Assembly (NCBI GenBank): GCA_951406725.2
Contig: OX597820.1
Location: forward strand, 69,998,001 to 70,062,000
Reading direction: 5' to 3'
Length of the DNA stretch: 64,000 bases
Origin: Octopus vulgaris
Taxonomy: Eukaryota
Under the pieces are notes generated by a model. The model made no database searches, was not told where the DNA came from, and saw only the letters and a list, made by a program, of their open reading frames with translations. The translations under genes were made by a program, and so were the position numbers. This document shows positions 54,546 through 64,000 of the stretch, one piece after another (position 1 is the first letter of the stretch; each line of letters begins with the position of its first letter).

Positions 54546-54622
54546 AGAAGCATTTGCTTCTTTTCCATATTTGGAAGCGACAGAATTTTCAACCTTAAAT
54601 ATATGATACATATGGGGTGGCA

Positions 54623-54692
54623 TATGTCAAGCGCCGAAGACAGTGGGTAGGGAAAGGAGAAACACCGATACCCCAGGCTAGAGAAGGTCTTC
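54623..54692 (+). mobile_element. 70-bp internal mariner fragment
   Basis: Near-identical to 53228-53295 and homologous to 27901-27969. Confidence 0.8.
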
Positions 54693-54845
54693 GAAAGCCA
54701 AATGAATGGTGAAGTGCATTGTGTTCAGCTGTGCATAACAGCAGCCAATACTCTCGTCGATAGCATGATACCATGATATGCGCCGCGCGCGCACACACAC
54801 ACAAACACACATATATAATGTTATCGACTAGAGCATCGGATGCTG

Positions 54846-54888
<43 letters not shown>

Positions 54889-54894
<6 letters not shown>

Positions 54895-55504
54895 TTAAAT
54901 AATGAGGGTGAGAAATTGAATATTAATTTAATTAACATCAATTTAAAACCAGTAGCCTAGCATATAGAAAAATCTGAAAATTCAGAAAAAGCGTAATACA
55001 TGCGTATAATAGGGATGACTACTAAGTGGACATCCAATATGCTAGAAGAAAATCACCTACGATCTAACTACAAAGAAAAGAATGTTCTCTAGAGAAATTC
55101 AGCAAACACTAGAACATAAGCGGGTAAGACAGATGAAAATATACAAAATACAGAATTAATCGTTGATCGATTTCGTCATCAACGATTTTACTTACGTAAT
55201 CATCGTCCGTAGAATCTTCAGTACGACCGTTCCAATTCAATATTTGTAGAACTATACACTAGTTGTCCTTATAAAATTAGACGTGTGTGTAGTTCTACCG
55301 ATTACATTGGGGTTATTTTCAAATATCTAAGTTCTGGCGCGCTAAATCCCGGAAAGAGTTCCGCAGTAGATAATTCCCGCTTATGTTCTGGTGTTTGCTG
55401 AATTTCTCTAGAGAACATTCTTTTCTTTGTAGTTAGATCGTAGGTGATCTTCTTCTAGCATATTGGATGTCTGCTTAGTGGTCATCTCTATTATACACAT
55501 GTAT
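54889..55504 (-). mobile_element. PLE-derived element with about 128-bp inverted arms
   Basis: 54996-55124 is the reverse complement of 55376-55504. A hammerhead motif lies between the arms, and the element abuts (TA)n. Confidence 0.7.
55159..55227 (-). ncRNA. Type I hammerhead ribozyme, canonical core
   Basis: gtcgta-CTGAAGA-[gacgat...atcgtt stem II]-GAAA-TCG-ATC-aacgat. Palindromic stem III ATCGAT, AUC cleavage triplet, first stem I pair mismatched. Confidence 0.6.
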
Positions 55505-56815
55505 ACATATGCATAGACACACGCACGCGCACACACACACATGTATAAGCATGTGTATATATGTGTGTTTATGTGTGTATGTATATATACTTATATGCAT
55601 GTATGCATGTATGTATGTACATAGATATTTGAAATTTCTTTTTTAATTCTTACAAAAGTATTTCAAAATGTGACCGTACGCATTATTCTAAACATCGATG
55701 TCACACATTAACCGTAACCTACTTTGGTACGTTCCTTGAATATTGAAACATCAGGGTCTTGGTATGGAAATGAGACAAGACCAAATGTTACGACCTAATA
55801 AAAGGAATTTCATTTATTTTCTCTCTATGTTTATCATATTAGGGTGCAGATTCTTCAATGTCTATAACGTCCCAGTCACTTTCGGAAAACCTTTTTGCCA
55901 AAAAACTATGGTCGAGGAACTTTTTTAACTCATTTACCTCCCCTTCACACACATCTCTTTCTTTCTCCTCTCATATGCATAAATATATACATACATGTGT
56001 ATACATGGGTGTGTGTAAACATATACAAATATGCAAACATACACAGATATATGCATACATATATATATATATATGTGTGTGCATATCTATATATGTATAT
56101 AATATTTTGTATATGTTAGCTTTAGATTTCCTTATTTATTTTTATTTATTTTACTGAAAAAAAACATTGAGGAATTTTTTATGCCATTTTTATGTTTTTT
56201 GTCCCCTTCTTTCATTTATTTTCTTTGTTAGTTTGTTTGATTTCTTTCTCTGTGAGGACAGAGAGATAATCAAATATACACACTCATAAAAATATAATAA
56301 ACATTGCCACGCTAACAACAATATAAAAATATAAATACAGGCCAAACAAAAAGAAAAAAAGAAAAGAAAATGTGATGAATCCAAGCGACAGGCTAGTTGT
56401 TAAAGCAAATTCTGTGTCGCATCCCTTATAATAAAGTTGTATTTTGCTGCGGGAATAACTCGTTGGATAAACAAGTCAGTTGCTTTATGTTAAGTTCTTA
56501 GTTTAAGTGTGAGAAAATAAAATTACCGTCCTCTAGCTTTTGGCCAAAACATTTCGCCTAAGAGACTCGTTTTATAAGACAGACAACAGGACAAATATTC
56601 AATCAGAGCAAAGCTTCGATTTTCTTGAATAGAATCTAAAACGTAATAAAGAAAAGCTAAGTCTTGCCTGGGGCAGTAGCGAATTGGTTTTCGCAAATAG
56701 TCACCCAACGTTCTTCTTTATTGAGACGATGATTTTTCTCAGAGACTGCAACGTATATACTAATGTCATCTACGCTTCTTTAAACATGATAGTTACCAAA
56801 TTCTCAGATTTGTTT

Positions 56816-57890
<1,075 letters not shown>

Positions 57891-58669
57891 TCGTTGGTGT
57901 TTTAATTGTTATGTTGTTTGAGACACGTTATGCCGTTCTTGATTGTCTAAATAATAGTTTTGTTGATAGTTAATTCTTGTAATGTTTGCCTCAATATTTG
58001 TCTTGTTGGTTGTCAATGATTGTAACCATATATCTGAAGTTGATGTATCAATGAACCGCTGGAGGCTTCCTTATTCTGATTGTAGCCGGCGGGAGTTTAC
58101 TGATCAGAGACAAGAGAGAAAAAGAAAGAGGAAGAGAGGAAGAGAGAGAAAAAATCTATAAAAGAATCTTTTTTTGGAATTTTTTTTAATTTTTAAAAAT
58201 ATCTTTGACAAGTGCTATTGTCAGGATTTTTTTTTATTCATTTCAGTAAACAGTTAAATAGCTGTTAAATAGTAGAATATACTTCTACATAGGAAGTGCT
58301 ATTGTAATATAAAGTCGTTCGCGTAGTTAGTCGAATATTGAGCATTTTATGAAACCTACAGAATATTTCAGGAACATCGACCGTTAATGAAAAAAAAAAA
58401 AAAGATCTGGTAGCATTTCGCTCACTAATGAATCTTATTCAATTCTTTCTTGCTTGTTCTAGGGAGCTCTGTTGATCACGAGTTATGCGTTAAGTGAGCT
58501 ATGTTTGCGATCTTGTTTCGGTTTCTAGTAGAAGATATTTACCTCCACGGATATCATAAATATCATCGAGCAAGATATTGTTGAATCACAATATCCAACG
58601 CACGACTTTCATGAGTCTAGTCGTTGTTCCATTCATCCTTACAGTATCGGTCGATTAAGGTAAAATAAA

Positions 58670-59005
58670 GTAAAAGTAAAGAACCCCTTCGGTCATGAAT
58701 GGTCATGGGATTGCACCAAGAAAGTTCCCCTCAGAGGAACAAATCTGGGAAAAGCTGGTTATAGAAGACCAGCAGCCGCCCATGCATACCAGCTTCCCTT
58801 CTCCACGCCGATGTCATCCAAGGGAGTAGCAAAGGCCGATATAGCTTGGTACCTGTGACGTCGCAACTCATTTCTACAGCTGAGTGAACTGGAGCAACGT
58901 GAAATAGTGTCTTGCTCAAGAACACAACACACAGCTCGGTCCAGGATTCGAACTCTCTACCCCATGACTGTGAGCTCGATGCTTTAACCACTGAGCATTG
59001 CACCT
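58670..59005 (-). mobile_element. tRNA-derived SINE with CORE-like body and a distinct tail
   Basis: Head with GAGTTCGAATCC B-box, body tcttgagcaagacactatttcacgttgctccag, tail ending (ttttac)n. Confidence 0.75.
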
Positions 59006-59149
59006 TTGCCAGATCAATTAAAGTACCCTGAAAGTAACTGTGTTCATAAAGCTAACTATAACACCCAACCCAAGTTACGGGTCTTGACAACTATTTTAGA
59101 ACCTATTATTTGTTGTTTTTGACAAGTACTATATAGAGTAAGGACAGCA

Positions 59150-59400
59150 CTGAAATGTTCGGTTGTGTGAGGAATGGAGAGTGATTTAGTCACAGACGTC
59201 TAAAGAAACCAAGTTATAATTTCGTAACCGGTTGTAACAGAGCGCTCTTCTAGGATATATCACAAAACCTTCACAGACCGGAAAAGGAGATTACCCGGGA
59301 CTCATAACTTTCTCAATGTCGCTAGAAGCTGAAATGATACCATCAATGTTTGACAGACTTGGAGATAAAGAAGTGATTTGCTGTATCCTTGTGTGGTCGA
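59150..59400 (-). pseudogene. Possible highly decayed LINE reverse transcriptase fragment
   Basis: Weak motifs SDIEKVM and RNYNLVSL (compare NYRPISL). Confidence 0.3.
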
Positions 59401-60656
59401 TGTTCTAATTTAAAATCTTTCGTGTCCACGTCATAGGTCTGTTGACGCTAGTAACAGCTCACCTGCCCAGCATCGTATGAGTTTGTTATAAGTCAATAGA
59501 TGAGTCTTTCGCCGAGACCGCACGTCACCATGCCAATTCTCATAACTTCACTAGAAAACAGAGGGCAGTTTGGCTTCAGCTGCTCTGCACTACAAAAGGG
59601 CTATCTGTTTTCGATCCAGGAAGGCGCATCTCATATTTGTAACTAATCTCTATTATGTAGAAACTAATCCTCTTTCTACCACCGGAGGATCCTCTGGTAT
59701 CATAGAAGTTGTTACATTTAAGTGCAGGGTACATGGCTGTATTGAAGAGTATCGATATGTTCTGAATGTGTAAACTCCGATGACATTGGTTCGATTATTC
59801 CTTGAGACATTTTACTTCATCTTCTCCTTCATATCACGAGTTACGAGTCATTTTTTCTTTCTTGATAATTTTCAATAACCTGGAGAGGGTTAAACTCTGA
59901 TGAAGACTTCGAAAGTAATCCAACATTTTCAATTCAGTGTTTCAAACCTTGCTTTCACTCACAAGACCAGAATTGAACTCAGAACGCAATGACAGAATTC
60001 TAAATAATGTTCACCATTTAATCTGCCAAGTATATATCAATATGGATTTATTCTTTAAAAACAGAGCCAATTATCGAAAGAAGGAGAGGTATGAAGAACA
60101 ACTGATTGACAAATGTATATGACATGTACTTTATTTCACGAATCCTGTCCTGAAAGATTGACAGGTAAAATCGATATAAAGCTCGAACGGAGGCGAATGA
60201 AACTCAATAACGTTAAGCCTTTAATCTGGATGTCTAAAGTTTCTGCCATTCAATAACTTCCAATATATGTCAATAGCATTAACAGCATTTTGTTTTTCTG
60301 ATAGTTCTGTTGGTTGCTTTAGTTCCTCTGTCATAGCACTACATTTGTTTAAAATTACTTGTAGAAAAGAGATCAACAACATTACTGAATATACATGTAC
60401 CATCTTGAAAATGGAGGTACATAGTGAATAATGTAGTCCTCGATATGCAATGACCAAGTATTGGAAGAAAAGGTCATAGCTAGTTCTAAGCTGGGACAAA
60501 TAAAACAAAAACAATATTACAGAAGAATAGTTGTTGTACACAGTGATGTTAATTTCTTACTTAATTATACATGCAAACACACACAGATATACAAACACAA
60601 CACAATACACACACACGCATACAGATACGCACACACATACAGATACGCATATATAT

Positions 60657-60724
<68 letters not shown>

Positions 60725-61299
60725 ATATATATATAATTGTTTTTACTGAAACGGAAGCATTAGGTTTGTCTTATGACTCGAGTTTCACGCCACTGGTTTC
60801 ATGGTTAGATGACGTTTGTCTATCAATTTTATTCGTTGTTTATATAATTTTTTGTGATGTAGTATATTTCTTACAAATGTAAGTGGAAGAGAGCGTAATC
60901 AAACTATCGATTTATATAGGATTCGTTGGTGTATTGGTATTGGGGTATGTTGATAATGGGCTATGCTTTGTGTGCGCGTGCGCATGTGTATGAAGTGGTG
61001 AATAAATGTTGTTTTCGCGAAAGCTTGTTTATTTCAAAAATATTTAAGGATATATCTATTACGTATAACCATAGCTAGAAGGTCATAGCTAATCTTCAAT
61101 GAATAGTACTAGTGAGGAGCGAAAACATAAAAGACTCTAATATATAATTTACCAAAGAGGTCTTCGATAGAACCGCCACTTACTTCAATAACAATGTTGA
61201 GGTCAGTGATTTTAATGATGATATCATAGAGTAATGATTGCCTGTAGCTGTCCCGCTATCATAAAATTATCACAAATTTCCAACCCAATCATTGAAGCC

Positions 61300-61615
61300 A
61301 TAAGTTCATATAAGAATGATACTGCATGTCTGTTGAGTGGATCATGAAGCAGTGATCAAACCTGTGTATTGGAGTCTGTACAACAACCTAAATTCAATAA
61401 TTCGGAGGACGCTTCACGATAAAATTCTAACCGCGTCGTAAAACTGAGTACATCATGTCATGGAAGGTAGCCGATAAATCCAGATCATAAATAAATGCTA
61501 CTCAAAGATGCATGTTCTGCATTGCAGAAAAATGCATGATTTTAAGAAGCTTGCGGAAGCCAGAATTGTTCCATAATATTAAGAGAGAGATATTCAACCA
61601 TTGCGTACACGAAAG
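61300..61615 (+). pseudogene. Decayed Penelope-like GIY-YIG C-terminus
   Basis: IMSWKVADKSRS*INATQRCMFCIAEKCMIL...NIKREIFNHCVH matches the PLE pattern W.I...CxLCxxEK..I...N.R.E....CRH. Confidence 0.6.
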
Positions 61616-61780
61616 AGAATTCATGCTTAGATATGAACAGACTCCCATAAACCCACTTTCAAACCAGGGAAATGTTTTGTTTTTTTTTTCTACCTCTATA
61701 AAGTTATGTTCCGAAAATATTTTTACATATATTTTTCAGCATTTATTTTCTCGGATATTTGTATATATACACACATAAAT

Positions 61781-61850
<70 letters not shown>

Positions 61851-62251
61851 GGATATACATATATATGTGTGTATACACAGACACAAGAAATATCAGGTTA
61901 CGGAATTCCACACTTGCAGCAAATGTAAAGAATGGCCAGCTATTTTGGGATAGGGCTTGTAATTCGACCTTTACGTTGTTCTTGCTTAGATATAATATTA
62001 TGCTTAAAATAGAACGGCTTTATGTATGTTGTTTGATCCAACGTGTAGATACGGTGGTCTTTCAAGCGAAAACCAAATGTTTACGTGAGGATTTTCAAAA
62101 TGTGGAAGGTGCAACTTGTATTTCGACACACACTTGCATACACCCAGATACCATATTTTGCATATATACGCATATATTGACTTATGCCCACGATATTGTT
62201 TTGTATGAGATTCAATGTCTCAAGTGTCACCCTATTTTTAAGGCTATATGT

Positions 62252-62458
62252 ACGAGCTGGCAGAAGCGTTAGCATGCAGGGTGAAATGCTTAGCGGTATT
62301 TCGTCTGTCTTTACGTTCTGAGTTCAAATTCCACCGAGGTCAACTTTGCCTTTCATCCTTTCGAGGTCGATTAAATAAGTACCAGTTACGCACTGGGGTC
62401 GATATAATCGACTGGTCCCCTCCAAAAATATTCGGGGCTTGTGCCTAGAATAGAAAAG
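62252..62458 (+). mobile_element. SINE family 2
   Basis: Match to family 2. Confidence 0.85.
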
Positions 62459-62777
62459 TATTTGTGCGAATTTCTATAAACTGTTATTCCCTATCAACCA
62501 ACGAACACTCTCTGCAATAATAGTCCTCTTTTTATGCCTTTTCTGCACTCATTTTCTGATGCGTAAATCTTGGTTTGAAACCGTTCAAAAGCTCCTTAAT
62601 TTGCACATCATTGAAAGAATAGTTGGAACTTCCTGAGATGATACAAAAGCTGTTACTCATAATCCTGAGGATCGGAAGAAAATTATTCCTCAGGCAGGAT
62701 AGACGCAAAAACATTGTTACATTGTTGTTGTAACTGAGCTTTCTTAGAAAAGCATGTCTACTTGGAGTTTTATTTGT

Positions 62778-63180
62778 AGGGAGTGACTGTGTGGTAGGTA
62801 GCTTGCTTACGAACCACATGGGCAAGTGTCTTCTACAATAACCTCGGGCCAACCAAAGCCTTGTGCGTGGATTTGGTAGACGGAAACTGAAAGAAGCCCG
62901 TCGTATATATATATATATGCATATATATATATGTGTGTGTGTGTGTGTGTTTGTGTGTCTTTGTTTGTCCCCCCCCCCCCCAACATCGCTAGACAACTAA
63001 TGCTGGTGTGCTTACGTCTCCGTAACGTAGCGGTTCGACAAAAGAGAGAATCGATAGATTAAGTACTGGGCTTACAAAGAATAAGTCCTGGGGGCGATTT
63101 TCTCGACTAAATGTGATGCTCCAGCATGGCCACAGTCAAATGTCTGAAACAAGTAAAAGAGTAAATAGTAAAGAGAGTAA
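62778..63180 (+). mobile_element. SINE family 1 with internal head deletion
   Basis: Match to family 1, B-box segment deleted. Confidence 0.85.
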
Positions 63181-63224
63181 GAATAGATCAGCACCAAGAT
63201 TTAAGGCGTCAAATAATCACCATA

Positions 63225-63344
63225 CTCGTAGAATGTGTCAAAAGAAAACATTATTGTAAACAAAATTGAAAACAAAATTGTAATTTGTAACTTAAATGTA
63301 GTTTAATTTTTACGAATTTGTTTTTTTTTGACACATTCTACCAG
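63225..63344. mobile_element. 120-bp Tc1/mariner-type MITE
   Basis: TIRs ctcgtagaatgtgtcaaaa / ttttgacacattctaccag flanked by TA. Confidence 0.7.
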
Positions 63345-63371
63345 TATACGAAGTTTCAAATTGTTTAGTTA

Positions 63372-63600
63372 ACTAGGAAAATCTGGCCTTCAAAAAGAAA
63401 TGATCCTCTACATGTAGTAAGCAAACATCATGTTCAGCAAGATACTATGGAACTGGCTGAAGGTCTGAAGAATTCACCGAAGATGTGATTGAAGGTCCCT
63501 CGAAAAACTTATTGAATAAAGAGCCAATGATGTTGGAACAACACCGAGCGACAGGGCGAGAAGAGGATACAGAAGTTCCACCTGTTCCACTTTAGTTGAT
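63372..63600 (+). pseudogene. Possible pogo/Tigger transposase C-terminal remnant
   Basis: RKIWP followed by acidic EEFTEDVIE...NKEPMMLEQH, similar to the WKKLWP...EEL..LEQ tail. Confidence 0.4.
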
Positions 63601-63825
63601 TGTAGAGAATATGATTAACGGATTGGTTTTTACAGATAACAAGCCTAATAGTGAATGTAACATAAATTTACAAAAAAAAGCTACATAACAAGCTCCGTTT
63701 GTATACTAGGTGTGGTGGGAGATAGCATACCGGTAATATCAAAGAACTTTGGATAAGTTCTCTAGCCCTATAGCAAATGCTGCTGCTGTTGCTGTGGCTA
63801 TTGCTGTTGCTGCAAGTTGTGATGA

Positions 63826-63859
<34 letters not shown>

Positions 63860-64000
63860 GGTGGTGGTGGTGGTGGTGGTGGTGGTGGTGGTGGTGGTGG
63901 TGGTGGTGGTGGTGGTGGTGGTGGTGATCTATGTGCTGAGTGGAAAGTAATGTCCCGCTTCCCAGGAAATCCGATTGTACCAGCTTCTGTCACAGAGCAG

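Noticed and set aside
59893-59925. Hammerhead at ctgatgaagacttcgaaag
   Set aside because: Core words are present but stems I, II and III cannot form.
61880-62240. Possible Tc1 transposase C-terminus on the minus strand
   Set aside because: Similarity is too weak, with no DDE motif or paired TIRs.

Overview
AT-rich, repeat-dense animal genomic DNA with no intact protein-coding gene that I can support. The repeat families look like those of an octopus-type cephalopod (inferred from sequence recognition, not a search). Almost all listed ORFs are microsatellite translations. The real content is: (i) dozens of tRNA-headed SINEs from at least three families; (ii) decayed mariner/pogo transposons and hAT/Tc1-type MITEs; (iii) RTE-clade LINE 3' fragments; (iv) about nine Penelope-like (PLE) or PLE-derived remnants, three with GIY-YIG endonuclease fragments. 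The most interesting signal is a recurring set of minimal type I hammerhead ribozyme (HHR) motifs. One has a perfect core and all three stems (2095-2180) and several carry variant cores. They sit in short elements that carry inverted or fold-back copies of their own ends, and several inversion junctions fall at or next to the ribozyme. There is a 100-N assembly gap at 46573-46672. Coordinates were counted by hand and may be off by a few bases.
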